Origin: Pseudolabrys sp.
GTDB lineage: Bacteria > Pseudomonadota > Alphaproteobacteria > Rhizobiales > Xanthobacteraceae
Assembly (NCBI GenBank): GCA_036496445.1
Contig: DASXLC010000013.1
Location: forward strand, 13,836 to 77,835
Reading direction: 5' to 3'
Length of the DNA stretch: 64,000 nt
In this document: positions 1-9,455 of the stretch, piece after piece
Layout of the letters: each line of letters opens with the position of its first letter
Numbering within the stretch: position 1 is the first letter of the stretch
Notes under the pieces: model-generated
Told to the model about the DNA's origin: nothing
Seen by the model: only the letters and a program-made list of their open reading frames with translations
Database searches by the model: none
Program-made: the position numbers and the translations under genes

Positions 1-755
1 AGCTCGTCGTCAGTGAACTCGCGCTGGCCTTCAAACACCGGGTAGAGAAAGCGCCAGCATTCAGGTTGACGCACGAGGATCATCCATTCCTTGGCATCGC
101 TGAAATAGCCGAGATAAGGAAAGTCTCTCGGGTTCTCGACGTCGAGATCGACCTTCAGGTCGACCAGCGCGAAGCGCTCGGGCAGCGAGCGGCCTTCCAC
201 CGAGACGCCGAGGCGCTCACGCACCGTGCTGCGTCCGCCGTCGCAGGCCAGAAGAAAGCTGGCGTCGAACGTCTTTTTTCCATCCGGCGTGTCAAGCTCG
301 ACTGTCACGTGGTCCGCATGCGGCGTGAAGCCGGTGAGGCGATGCCGATGATGGATCTTTCCGAATTTCGATTCGGCCAGAGAGTCGCGCAACACCGGCT
401 CCATGTCGGACTGCGGCAAGTTGATGACAAAAGGGAAACGCGTCTCGTCATGCAAGAGATGCAATTTGACGGCGTCGCGCTTGCGGTTGGTCGCGCGCTC
501 GATGTCGCCGATCTCGTCGACCCGCATAGCCTTAGACAGAATTCTGTCCGCCGCGCCGAAGCGCTGCCAGATCTCGAGCGTGCGGATCAGTGTCGTGCCG
601 GCCTTTGTCTCCGTCGACAGGCCGGCATTGGCCTCGAACACAACGAAGGGAATTTCGAAGTAGGACAGTGCGAGCGCGGTGGTGAGACCGACCGGTCCGG
701 CGCCGACGATGGCGACGGGATACTCGGACTTCAAAGGGAACGCGCTGCTGTCCAT
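1..755 (-). CDS. FAD-dependent monooxygenase (FAD_binding_3, MhpA/PheA-like); 3' part runs off the window
   Basis: Not in the ORF track because it has no stop in the window. My minus-strand translation from ATG 755: MDSSAFPLKSEYPVAIVGAGPVGLTTA (GxGxxG) ... FLLACDGGRSTVR (DG motif). Confidence 0.9.
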   Translation of the reverse strand, partial: MDSSAFPLKSEYPVAIVGAGPVGLTTALALSYFEIPFVVFEANAGLSTETKAGTTLIRTLEIWQRFGAADRILSKAMRVDEIGDIERATNRKRDAVKLHLLHDETRFPFVINLPQSDMEPVLRDSLAESKFGKIHHRHRLTGFTPHADHVTVELDTPDGKKTFDASFLLACDGGRSTVRERLGVSVEGRSLPERFALVDLKVDLDVENPRDFPYLGYFSDAKEWMILVRQPECWRFLYPVFEGQREFTDDE

Positions 756-899
756 CGTCACACGCCGCCACGCCGCTTGGGCCGGCCCGCAGCCGACGGA
801 CCGGAAAGCAAGCACAAGATTGTCCGGCAAACTTTTTTCACATCGGCCGAGCTTGCCCGCAACAAAAGCATCGCATTCGGAATTTCAATGTGTCAATAT

Positions 900-927
900 A
901 TTTTCGAAAATCGGTACAATTTCCGAT
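900..927. promoter_or_regulatory. Palindromes ATTTTCGAAAAT (900-911) and ATCGG-N8-CCGAT (910-927) in a divergent promoter region; candidate GntR operator
   Basis: Inverted repeats read directly; TTGACA on the minus strand at 891-896 and TACAAT at 915-920. Confidence 0.45.
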
Positions 928-951
928 AGTCGAACTTTGTCGCGTTGCCTC

Positions 952-1626
952 ATGAGTGTGCAATCCATCTCGCTGACGACAGGCGATGGCCACGGCCTCG
1001 CTGCCTACGAGGCGCGGCCGGATAAATCGCCGCGTGGCGGCATCGTTCTGTTGCAGGAAATCTTCGGCATCACCGGCTACATCCGGCGCGTCTGCGAGGG
1101 CTATGCGGGCCATGGCTATCACGTGGTGGCGCCCGCATTGTTCGACCGGATCCGTCCCGGGATCGAATTGACTTATTCCAAGGAAGACGCGGTGACCGGC
1201 CGGGATCTGCGTAGCAAAATTCCCTGGGAGAAGACGTTCGCCGATCTCGAAGCAGCCAAGGCGCGGCTGAAGGGCGCAGGCAAGATCGCCACGCTCGGTT
1301 ATTGCTGGGGCGGGACGATCTCCTGGCGTGCGGCCGGCCATATCGACGGGATTGCAGGCGCGGTCTGCTACTACGGCACGCAGATCGCGCCATACACATC
1401 GGAGCAACCGCGCTGCCCGGTGCTGATGCATTTCGGCGACAAGGATCCCATCGCGACGCTCGAGCATGCCGGGGCGCTGCGCACGTCGCAGGGCGCACTG
1501 GTGGAAATTCAGGTCTATCCGGCCGGTCACAGCTTCAGCTGTGACGAAACTCCGAATTTTCACTCGGCAAGCGCAGACCTGGCACTCTGGCGGTCACTCG
1601 AATTTCTGGCCGCACATGTCGGGTAG
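952..1626 (+). CDS. Dienelactone hydrolase family protein
   Basis: QEIFG, GYCWGG nucleophile motif, AGHSF. Start taken at ATG 952. Confidence 0.92.
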   Translation: MSVQSISLTTGDGHGLAAYEARPDKSPRGGIVLLQEIFGITGYIRRVCEGYAGHGYHVVAPALFDRIRPGIELTYSKEDAVTGRDLRSKIPWEKTFADLEAAKARLKGAGKIATLGYCWGGTISWRAAGHIDGIAGAVCYYGTQIAPYTSEQPRCPVLMHFGDKDPIATLEHAGALRTSQGALVEIQVYPAGHSFSCDETPNFHSASADLALWRSLEFLAAHVG

Positions 1627-1693
1627 ACTAGGGAGCACGGCACGTGATTAGAGAAACCCATCAATTCGTACGCAAGAGTGAGCAAACGCTGCC

Positions 1694-2425
1694 ATGACCT
1701 TTGTCCAGAAGCATGACGGTGCAATCGAACCGACGGTCAACGCCCAGGTGTTCCGTCAGATCCGCATCGACATCGTGACGTGCAGGCTGATGCCGAACGA
1801 ACGTCTGCGCGTCGAAAGCCTGCGCGAGCGTTACCGGGTCGGCGGCAGCCCTATCCGGGAAGCGTTGATGCGGCTCGAGGTCGAGGGCCTGGTGATTCTC
1901 GAGCAAAACAAGGGTTTCCGTGTCTCGCCGGCATCGCGCGAGCACCTGCTGGATCTGATGAAAACGCGCGTCGAAATCGAGGGCCTGGCGCTGCGCTGGT
2001 CGATCGAAAACGGGGGGGTCGACTGGGAGGCGAATTTGCTCGCCGCATATCACCGTCTGTCGCATCAGAAAAAGACGCTTCGGGGTACCGGCAACGAGAT
2101 CAACCTTGTCTGGTTCAGGGAGCACCGGAATTTTCACAGCGCGCTCACCAATGCCTGCGGATCGCAACATTTGATGGGAATTCGAGAAAACCTGTTCGCG
2201 CAGGCCGAACGCTATGTCGCGCTGTCGATCATCTCCAAGTGCTTGCCGCGCAACGACGACAGCGAGCACGAGCAGATGATGCGCGCGGCGCTCGCGCGCA
2301 ATGCCAGCCGCGCGGTGCAGCTGATGACCGATCACATCGGGCGCACCAACGAACGCGTGGCAAAGACGCTGGGCGCGGCGGCCGCGCAACCGATCAAACT
2401 GCGGCGTGTGAACGGCAAAGTGTGA
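1694..2425 (+). CDS. GntR/FadR-family transcriptional regulator (FCD domain)
   Basis: N-terminal wHTH (SPIREALMRL ... NKGFRV) and C-terminal FCD (FHSAL, EHEQM). Confidence 0.92.
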   Translation: MTFVQKHDGAIEPTVNAQVFRQIRIDIVTCRLMPNERLRVESLRERYRVGGSPIREALMRLEVEGLVILEQNKGFRVSPASREHLLDLMKTRVEIEGLALRWSIENGGVDWEANLLAAYHRLSHQKKTLRGTGNEINLVWFREHRNFHSALTNACGSQHLMGIRENLFAQAERYVALSIISKCLPRNDDSEHEQMMRAALARNASRAVQLMTDHIGRTNERVAKTLGAAAAQPIKLRRVNGKV

Positions 2426-2426
2426 T

Positions 2427-3506
2427 ATGAGCGGTACCACCCCCATTGCGGCCGACCAATTGAGCGCGCTGGTGGCGCGGCTCTTCATTGCGGCCGGTGT
2501 CCCCGACACAGCGGCAAGAACCGTCGCGGGGGCTCTGGTGGATGCCGATCTCGAGGGTCAGTCCTCGCATGGCGTGATGCTGGTCGAGATGTACCTCGAT
2601 CGCATTCGGAAAAGGTCCGTCTCGCTGAAAGAGGCCGGCGAGATCGTTTCAGACAACGGTGCAACCGTTGTTCTCGATGCACAACATGCGCTCGGCCATC
2701 TCACCGGCGACCAGGCGATCAAAATTGCGGTCGAACGCGCCCGGCGTTTCGGTGCGGGTCTGGTCGCAGTGCGGCACGGCTTCCATTTCGGGACTGCCCG
2801 GCGTTTTGCGCTGAAGGCCGCCGGCGAGGACTGCATCGGCATCGTCATGTGCAACACGCGCCCGCTGATGCCTGCGCCGGGCGGCGCTGAACGTGTAGTG
2901 GGAAACAACCCGATTGCGATCGCCGTGCCGTCCGATGGCCCGGCGCCCATCGTACTTGACATGGCGACGAGCGAGGCCGCGATGGGCAAGATCCGTATGG
3001 CCGAGAAGGCGGGGGAGAAGATCCCCGGCACCTGGGCGGTCAAAGCCGACGGCAGCGCGACAACGGACCCCGCCGAAGCGATTGCCGGCATGCTGCTGCC
3101 GGCGAGCGGGCCGAAAGGCTTCGGTCTAGCCTTTCTGATCGATCTTCTGTGCGGCGTGCTGTCGGGTGGTGCGACGGGCAGCGCGGTGCAGCCGCTCTAC
3201 GGCAATGCGTCCGCTCCCTATGACTCCTCGCACCTTTTTATTGCGATCGACATCGCGCATTTCGGTGATCGCGCGGCAATGCGCGCGGCCGCGACAGCTG
3301 CCGCTGAACGGATCCGCGCCGGCGCGCGCGCCCCCGGCGCCGCGCGGCTGTTCACGCCCGGCGAGCCGGAATGGGTCAAGCGCGAAAGCGCGGCGGGGCA
3401 GGTGATGCTGCCGCCGGCCGTCGCGGAAACCCTGCTGCGGCTGGCGAAGGAATTACGGATACCCGCCGGTGCCCTCGCACCGGCAGAAAAATACGAAAGG
3501 ACCTGA
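2427..3506 (+). CDS. Ldh_2-family NAD(P)-dependent oxidoreductase (AllD/ComC/DpkA-like)
   Basis: SHG, HFG, GNNPIA, LDMATS, GPKGFGL motifs. Confidence 0.92.
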   Translation: MSGTTPIAADQLSALVARLFIAAGVPDTAARTVAGALVDADLEGQSSHGVMLVEMYLDRIRKRSVSLKEAGEIVSDNGATVVLDAQHALGHLTGDQAIKIAVERARRFGAGLVAVRHGFHFGTARRFALKAAGEDCIGIVMCNTRPLMPAPGGAERVVGNNPIAIAVPSDGPAPIVLDMATSEAAMGKIRMAEKAGEKIPGTWAVKADGSATTDPAEAIAGMLLPASGPKGFGLAFLIDLLCGVLSGGATGSAVQPLYGNASAPYDSSHLFIAIDIAHFGDRAAMRAAATAAAERIRAGARAPGAARLFTPGEPEWVKRESAAGQVMLPPAVAETLLRLAKELRIPAGALAPAEKYERT

Positions 3507-3508
3507 AA

Positions 3509-3910
3509 ATGGCGAAGCGTGAAGTCAAAACCGACCGAATTCGGACGCCGAGCGGTGTTTTCTCGCAGGCCACCGTGATCGAGGCGCAGGGGAGGCTTGT
3601 CTTCATTTCCGGAATGACCGCGCGCCGGCCGGACGGCACCATCGCTGGGATCGGCGATATTACGGTGCAGACCAAGCAGGTTTGCGAGAACGTGAAGTCG
3701 GCGGTGGAGGCAGCCGGCGGCACACTCGACGACGTTTGCCGCGTCGACGTCTACGTTCGCAATATGGAGCACTTCAAGGAAATCCACGCGGTGCGCCAGG
3801 AGTACTTCAAGCCGCCGCTGCCGGCGTCGACGATGGTCGAGATCTGCAAAATGACGTCGCCTGACTACCTGATCGAGATCAACGCCATTGCCGTGATCCC
3901 GACCAAATAA
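3509..3910 (+). CDS. Rid (YjgF/YER057c/UK114) family protein lacking the catalytic Arg
   Basis: FSQA, VFISG, PASTMVE, LIEINAIA. Start ATG 3509. Confidence 0.9.
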   Translation: MAKREVKTDRIRTPSGVFSQATVIEAQGRLVFISGMTARRPDGTIAGIGDITVQTKQVCENVKSAVEAAGGTLDDVCRVDVYVRNMEHFKEIHAVRQEYFKPPLPASTMVEICKMTSPDYLIEINAIAVIPTK

Positions 3911-3925
3911 TCCAGGTAACCAGCA

Positions 3926-4279
3926 ATGACCGACAAGTCGGGACTGAAAGCGGCCAAGGAAAAAGGCATCACGCTCGGTGAAATCGGGCAGCGGATCGTC
4001 TTCGAGAACGAGCACGTGCGGATCTGGGAGGTCAATCTCGATCCGGGCGAGACGATCGATTTTCATCTTCACTACCACCCCTATGTCATCATCTCGCTGG
4101 GCGGCGGGAAAAACGAGATCGAGACGATCTTCGGCGACAAGCGGATGACGGATGAGCCGATCGGTTCGACCGTGTTCATGAACGAGATGCGCCCGGTGCA
4201 TAAGCTGACCAACCACGACACCGTGCGCTACCTGTCGCGGCTGATCGAGATCAAGAGCGTTCGCTGGACGGCGGAGTAG
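3926..4279 (+). CDS. Cupin-domain protein
   Basis: FENEHVRIWE, FHLHYHPY, VHKLTN cupin motifs. Confidence 0.8.
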   Translation: MTDKSGLKAAKEKGITLGEIGQRIVFENEHVRIWEVNLDPGETIDFHLHYHPYVIISLGGGKNEIETIFGDKRMTDEPIGSTVFMNEMRPVHKLTNHDTVRYLSRLIEIKSVRWTAE

Positions 4280-4285
4280 GAACCG

Positions 4286-5275
4286 ATGCCGCAGACGATC
4301 GGTGGCTGGGACGTTCATACGCACATCGTGCCGCCGGCGGTCGTGGCGGCAGGCGGGCGCGGCGCGTTCGGAATGCGCGCGTCGTCCGACACGTTGACGA
4401 TCTGCGCTCACGGCGTTCCGCTGCATCCGCTCAGCGAGGTGAACAAGCTCGCCGATCGCGTCAAAAGCGACCATCTCGATGGCGCGGTCGTTTCGGTGCC
4501 GCCGCCGCTGTTCCGGCCCGACCTGAGCGAGGCCGACTGCCGCGATTACGCGAAGCTTGTGAATGAGGGTCTATTTGAAGCCTGCCGCAACCACGCTAAC
4601 GTGCTGCGGCCGCTGGCCTATCTGCCGGTGGAGGCGCCCCAGGTGGCAGCGGACGTTGCGGCGGAGCTCGATGGCCGCTGGGCCGGCGTGGTCATGGGCA
4701 CCGAGTCCAATGACGTCTCCTACGCATCCGAAAGCCTCGATCCGCTCTGGCGCATCCTCAGCGAACGGAAGCTTCCGCTCTTTATCCACCCGGGCTCGAC
4801 ACCCGACAAACGCCTCGACGCCTTTTATCTGACCAACCTGCTCGGCAATCCGGTTGAAACAACCGTCGCGGCGTCGCATCTGGTTTTCGCTGGTGTCATG
4901 CAACGCTATCCGGGCCTCAACATCATTCTCGCCCACGGCGGCGGGTGCGTCGCGGCTTTGTGCGGACGATGGCAGCGCGGCGCGGCAACGAAGCGGCCGG
5001 GAATCCCGGACATGTCCCTCAAGCCGCTCGAGGCCGTGCGTAGGTTTTATGTCGATAGTATTGTGCACTCGCCGATCTTCCTGGAGACCATCATTAAGAC
5101 GATCGGCGAGAGCAGGGTGCTGCTCGGAAGCGACTGGCCGTTTCTGATGGGCGCGCCCAGTGCCGAGCACGATCTCGGGCACCTGGATGAAAAGACTCGC
5201 CTTCGAATTCGCAAGCTCAACGCCGAGGAAGCCTTCGGTGCCCGGTTGAAAACGCAGCCTCAGGGTGTTTCATGA
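4286..5275 (+). CDS. Amidohydro_2-family protein (ACMSD-like decarboxylase/hydratase)
   Basis: DVHTH, FIHP, AHGGG, GSDWPF. Confidence 0.9.
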   Translation: MPQTIGGWDVHTHIVPPAVVAAGGRGAFGMRASSDTLTICAHGVPLHPLSEVNKLADRVKSDHLDGAVVSVPPPLFRPDLSEADCRDYAKLVNEGLFEACRNHANVLRPLAYLPVEAPQVAADVAAELDGRWAGVVMGTESNDVSYASESLDPLWRILSERKLPLFIHPGSTPDKRLDAFYLTNLLGNPVETTVAASHLVFAGVMQRYPGLNIILAHGGGCVAALCGRWQRGAATKRPGIPDMSLKPLEAVRRFYVDSIVHSPIFLETIIKTIGESRVLLGSDWPFLMGAPSAEHDLGHLDEKTRLRIRKLNAEEAFGARLKTQPQGVS

Positions 5276-5673
5276 CAAAGTTCCCCGAAAACTTGCCCAA
5301 GCTTGAAGAACTTCTCATCAAGACCGAGACCATGCCTTGGCGCGAGAAATCGCTCAAAGGCATTCACGAAAAGATGCTGTGGCGGAACGAGGAGACGGGC
5401 GCCTCGATTGCGCTGATCAAGTTCGACAAGGACGCCGGCATTCCCCAGCCTCACTATCATTCTTCGAACCAGTTCATGTTCTGCCTGTCGGGTCGCTACG
5501 AGTACACCTCGACCGGCGTCGTGCTGACCGCGGGCTCGTTCTACTGCAATCCGAAAGGCAATGTGCACGGCCCGGCGATTGCCCGCGAGGAAACGGTGGT
5601 GGTCGAGATGTACGACGGCCCGCATTATCCGGAAAAACCGTCGTGGTACACCGACGAGCGGGACGCGCGCTAA
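5272..5673 (+). CDS. ChrR-like cupin, possible 3-His dioxygenase
   Basis: PHYH ... LSG ... GSFYCNPKGNVHGP; ATGA overlap with the upstream gene. Confidence 0.8.
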   Translation: MTKFPENLPKLEELLIKTETMPWREKSLKGIHEKMLWRNEETGASIALIKFDKDAGIPQPHYHSSNQFMFCLSGRYEYTSTGVVLTAGSFYCNPKGNVHGPAIAREETVVVEMYDGPHYPEKPSWYTDERDAR

Positions 5674-5679
5674 CAAAGC

Positions 5680-6588
5680 ATGAGTGAAGCGCAACTCAAG
5701 CCGGTCGGACCCGGTGTTCATGCCTGGATCGGCGCCGGCGGCGATTCAAACGCAGGTGCGATCGAGACGCCGCTTGGCCTGATCGTTATTGATGCCCAGC
5801 AGAATCGCGCACTCGGCGAGAAATTCCGCGGCGCACTGCGCGCCTCGTTCAAGGCGCCGGTCCGCACCCTTGTCAATACGCATTTCCATCTCGATCACGT
5901 CGCCGGTAACGTCGCCTTTGCGGATGTGCCGATCGTCGCGCACGAGAAGACGGTGCGGGCGCTCGAGCACGAGCTGGGGCCCGTGCGCGCCGGGGGCGCG
6001 ACGGTCACCGACACGCTGGCGAAGGTCAGGATGTTCTTCGGCGGCAATTTCGAGGAGCTGGTGCCGGAAAAAGATCGAAGCTGGTTCACCGACCGCGTGG
6101 GCGGTTCGATTCCTTTGACGATCGTGCTGCCGTCAGAAGCCTTTGCGGACCGGATGGAATTCATATTGCCGGCCGACGCCGTGCGGATCGACTATTGGGG
6201 GCCGGCGCATTGCGACGGCGACGTTGTCATTCATCTTGAAAAAGCCCGCGTCATCTTCATGGGCGATCTTTTCTTCTACGGGCGTTTCCCGTGGTTCGGC
6301 GATTGCGACCTCAATGGCTGGATCGCCACGCTCGACCGCGTTCTGCGGATGGACGTGACCACCGTCGTGCCCGGCCACGGGCAGCCTGCGTCGCTAAAAG
6401 AATTGGCCGACTTCCGGAAGCTTCTTGCGGCGGTGCGCGGCGAGGCCGACAAGGCGATCAAGGCCGGCTGGTCTGAAGATGCCGCCGCGCGCGATGTCGT
6501 GCTCGCCGAATATGTCGCGATGCCGCGCTACAAGGAGTGGATGCCGTTCAATATCCGCGCAGCCTATCGCTACCTGCGCGGCGTCTAA
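5680..6588 (+). CDS. MBL-fold metallo-hydrolase (cyclase/glyoxalase II-like)
   Basis: THFHLDH, AHCDGD, GDL, PGHG. Confidence 0.9.
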   Translation: MSEAQLKPVGPGVHAWIGAGGDSNAGAIETPLGLIVIDAQQNRALGEKFRGALRASFKAPVRTLVNTHFHLDHVAGNVAFADVPIVAHEKTVRALEHELGPVRAGGATVTDTLAKVRMFFGGNFEELVPEKDRSWFTDRVGGSIPLTIVLPSEAFADRMEFILPADAVRIDYWGPAHCDGDVVIHLEKARVIFMGDLFFYGRFPWFGDCDLNGWIATLDRVLRMDVTTVVPGHGQPASLKELADFRKLLAAVRGEADKAIKAGWSEDAAARDVVLAEYVAMPRYKEWMPFNIRAAYRYLRGV

Positions 6589-7994
6589 TTCGCGACCGGC
6601 GGCCAGCCTATGGGATTTGCCTGCTGGACCAGCTTCGCCAGCGCAAGGATCTTCGGCTCTTCGAAGCGCGGCCCGATAATCTGCAATCCAACCGGCAGTC
6701 TGTCGGCGGTAAGGCCGGCGGGGACGCTCGCAGCCGGCAGGCTCATCAGGGTGATCAGGAATCCGGGTGCGATCCAGTCGATGTAATCGTCGAAGCTCTT
6801 GCCGTTGATCTCTTTCGGGAAATTCCATTCGACCGGAAAGGGCTTCACCGGCGCGGCCGGTGTGAGTAAGAGGTCATACCGCTCAAACAGCCCGCGCATT
6901 TTCTGGAACAGCGCAAACCGCATGCGCTCGGCCGTTGCGATATCGGTCGTCGTGACCGTCAGTCCGGATTTGACGTTGCCCTTGAGATTTTCGCCGAACG
7001 CATCGAGCTGCCCGAGGTTTGCGATTTGCTGGCCGACCATCCAGACGCCGCGCCAGGTCTTGTAGGGGCCGCGACCCTCGGACAGATCGAATTCGATCTC
7101 ATCGACGGTCGCGCCTTGCTCGCGCAATTGGTTTGCCGCCTTGCGGCAGATCGCCTCGATCTCGGAGTCGACGCCAATGCCAGCGATGTCGCGGGTGAAG
7201 GCAACGCGCAGTCCCTTGGCGTCGCGCGCCTTGCTCACAATCCCGGTGGCGCTCGGCCAGGGCGGTGCGACAGAAATCGGGGAAAGACGGGTGAATCCGA
7301 CAATGGCGTCGAGCATCAGCGCGGCATCTTCAGCGGTGCGGGCGAGGGGGCCGTGTACCTGACCCGGATCCCAGGCCAGCGGCATCGGGAAGTTCGGCGT
7401 GAGGCCGGGCGTCGGGCGGATGCCGACGATCCCGCAGAATGCGGCGGGGATGCGCACCGAGCAGCCGAAATCCGTTCCCTGCGCGATCGGCAGCATCCCG
7501 CTCGCAACGGCTGCCGCGGAGCCGCCGGAGGATCCTGCGGGGCTCAAGGCCGTGTTCCACGGATTGCGTGTTACCCCGAACACCGGATTGACGGTGTTAG
7601 CGCCAGCTGCAAATTCGGGCGTGTTGGTCTTGGCGAGCACGATCGCGCCGGCGGTCTTCAGCCGCCTGACGACCTCGGCATCCTCGGTGGGGACGTTATC
7701 GGCATAAAGCGGGCTGCCGTAAGTCGTCCGGATATTCGCAGTCGCAACGATGTCCTTGATGCCGATCGGCAGGCCATGCAGCGGCCCCAATTTGTCGCCG
7801 CGCGTCACCGCCTGCTCCGCCGCGCGCGCATCGGCCCGCGCGCCATCGGCGACAAGTGTCACGATCGCGTTCAGCGTCGGATTGAGGCGCTCGATGACCG
7901 CAAGGTAGGCATCGAGAACCTCGATCGGGCTAAGCTCGCGCTTGCGCACGAGCGCCGCGAGCTCATGGGCGGGTTTGCGCCAGAGATCGTTCAT
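6585..7994 (-). CDS. Amidase-signature family enzyme
   Basis: GIKD Lys, GSSGGS, GTDFGCSVRIPA (Ser-cisSer-Lys triad). Confidence 0.93.
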   Translation of the reverse strand: MNDLWRKPAHELAALVRKRELSPIEVLDAYLAVIERLNPTLNAIVTLVADGARADARAAEQAVTRGDKLGPLHGLPIGIKDIVATANIRTTYGSPLYADNVPTEDAEVVRRLKTAGAIVLAKTNTPEFAAGANTVNPVFGVTRNPWNTALSPAGSSGGSAAAVASGMLPIAQGTDFGCSVRIPAAFCGIVGIRPTPGLTPNFPMPLAWDPGQVHGPLARTAEDAALMLDAIVGFTRLSPISVAPPWPSATGIVSKARDAKGLRVAFTRDIAGIGVDSEIEAICRKAANQLREQGATVDEIEFDLSEGRGPYKTWRGVWMVGQQIANLGQLDAFGENLKGNVKSGLTVTTTDIATAERMRFALFQKMRGLFERYDLLLTPAAPVKPFPVEWNFPKEINGKSFDDYIDWIAPGFLITLMSLPAASVPAGLTADRLPVGLQIIGPRFEEPKILALAKLVQQANPIGWPPVAN

Positions 7995-8002
7995 ATTGAA
8001 TG

Positions 8003-9097
8003 CTATTCGCCAACGTCGACGATGGCGATGACGGGGCCGCCACCTTGCGGTCCCTGGTGCATCGCATCGACCGAAACGAAGACGGCCGGATCGCCGATCG
8101 CCGCAGCTGCGACGCCGCCGACTGCGCCTTTCGAATGGCGATGGTGATGGACGTCGGAGTCATCCAGCATGATCTGGCGGCGTCCACGTAGCGTGCCGCG
8201 GCGGTCCGCTTCGCATTTCATGAAGCAGTTGACGAGCTTCCCGTTTAGGTCGCTGGCGCGCGCACGCTCGGGAAGCGACAGGCCGGCGTCGCGAATCGAT
8301 TCATAAATTCCATCAATGTCGAGCGCGTCCTTCATTACCGAGTGGCCGATGCGGTAGCGGCCGCCGGCGCCGGACTTATTGCCGAGAAGAACGATTTGCG
8401 CCTGCGTCAGCTCGACGCCGGACGAGCAGGAGGCGACTGATGAATAAAGATCGAGATTGCGGCAGATCTCCTCGGCCTTTGGCATTTTGATTTCGCCGAG
8501 CGCGACGGCAATTCCAAGCGCGGTCGTGCCGTTGGACACGCCCATCGAGTCATGCACCTCGCAGGCGACATGCTTGCCGCGCGATTCAGCGTCGCGCACG
8601 GAGTCGATCGTGAGCAAAGGAGTCTTGGTTTGCACGTAGTGGACGTCCTTCGGATCGCTGATGCCGGCGTCGCGCATCGCGTCCTTCACGGCGGCGGCGA
8701 CCTTCTCGACCATCGCCGGCCGGCCGATGTCTTCGGGGAGCAGCACCGCGCTTATCGCGGTACCCATCACCAGCCGCGCTTTCGACGCCGGACCGGTCTT
8801 GTCGTTGCGCGCGAAAACCGTGGCGTGCGGAGTGATGACGCCGTCGCAGCCGCCTGACCACACCATCGGAATCTGGTTGACTGCTTTCTCATCGCGCTTG
8901 CCGTGCCTGAGCAATACGCGACGAAAAGCCTGGTCGGCGAGAATGCGGGTGAAGTCGTTGACCCCGCCATTTCCTTCGGTTTTGCCGATGACTCCAATGA
9001 CTTCGTCGGCCTTGAACAGTCCGCTGGTGATGCCTTTTTCAAGGCCAGAGGCGTCGGACACGGATTTCAATTCGACTTTGAGAACTTCAATCGTCAT
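8003..9097 (-). CDS. bar: Ring-opening amidohydrolase, cyanuric acid hydrolase/barbiturase family; barbiturase-like branch
   Basis: [48 protein letters not shown]. Has Asn/Lys (SNG, HSKG) and S-V at positions where AtzD has Arg/Arg and S-G-G, as I recall those sequences. Confidence 0.9.
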   Translation of the reverse strand: MTIEVLKVELKSVSDASGLEKGITSGLFKADEVIGVIGKTEGNGGVNDFTRILADQAFRRVLLRHGKRDEKAVNQIPMVWSGGCDGVITPHATVFARNDKTGPASKARLVMGTAISAVLLPEDIGRPAMVEKVAAAVKDAMRDAGISDPKDVHYVQTKTPLLTIDSVRDAESRGKHVACEVHDSMGVSNGTTALGIAVALGEIKMPKAEEICRNLDLYSSVASCSSGVELTQAQIVLLGNKSGAGGRYRIGHSVMKDALDIDGIYESIRDAGLSLPERARASDLNGKLVNCFMKCEADRRGTLRGRRQIMLDDSDVHHHRHSKGAVGGVAAAAIGDPAVFVSVDAMHQGPQGGGPVIAIVDVGE

Positions 9098-9181
9098 GTT
9101 TTTCTTGCCTTATGTTGGCGCGGCGCATCCGTTGAGGATGCTGCGCAATTCCTTACCCGTGACCTATCGTCGATTTCGCCA

Positions 9182-9454
9182 TCAAGCGAGCGCAATGCAT
9201 TCGATCTCCACTTTCATTCCGAAGCTCAACTGCACGCCGCAAGTGGTGCGCGCCGGCGGGTCTTTCGGGAAGAACTTCCGGTACACGGCGTTCATGTTTT
9301 CGAACTCAAGCATGTCGTAGAGCAGCACATTGATCTTGACAACGCGTTCCATTGGATTGTCAGTGTAGGCCATAGAACCTGTCAAGCGATCGCTCGTAAC
9401 GTCGCTGACGAAATCGATCTTAAGTGGCGGTGTCTTGGTTTGCACCAAACGCAC
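9182..9454 (-). pseudogene. Short Rid-family ORF, probably internally deleted
   Basis: 90 aa. C-terminal half intact (MNAVYRKFF, PPART, KVEIECIA) but the N-terminal YSQA/SGQ segment is missing. Confidence 0.6.
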
Positions 9455-9455
9455 C

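Noticed and set aside
66-929. 287-aa + strand ORF
   Set aside because: Antisense shadow of the minus-strand FAD monooxygenase (1-755), which has clear motifs.
5680-6588. Metallo-beta-lactamase resistance gene
   Set aside because: No signal peptide and embedded in a catabolic operon; only the fold motif is shared.
8003-9097. Calling this atzD (cyanuric acid hydrolase, atrazine pathway)
   Set aside because: It lacks the second and third substrate-binding Arg and the C-terminal SGG motif as I recall them for AtzD; the residues fit the barbiturase branch.
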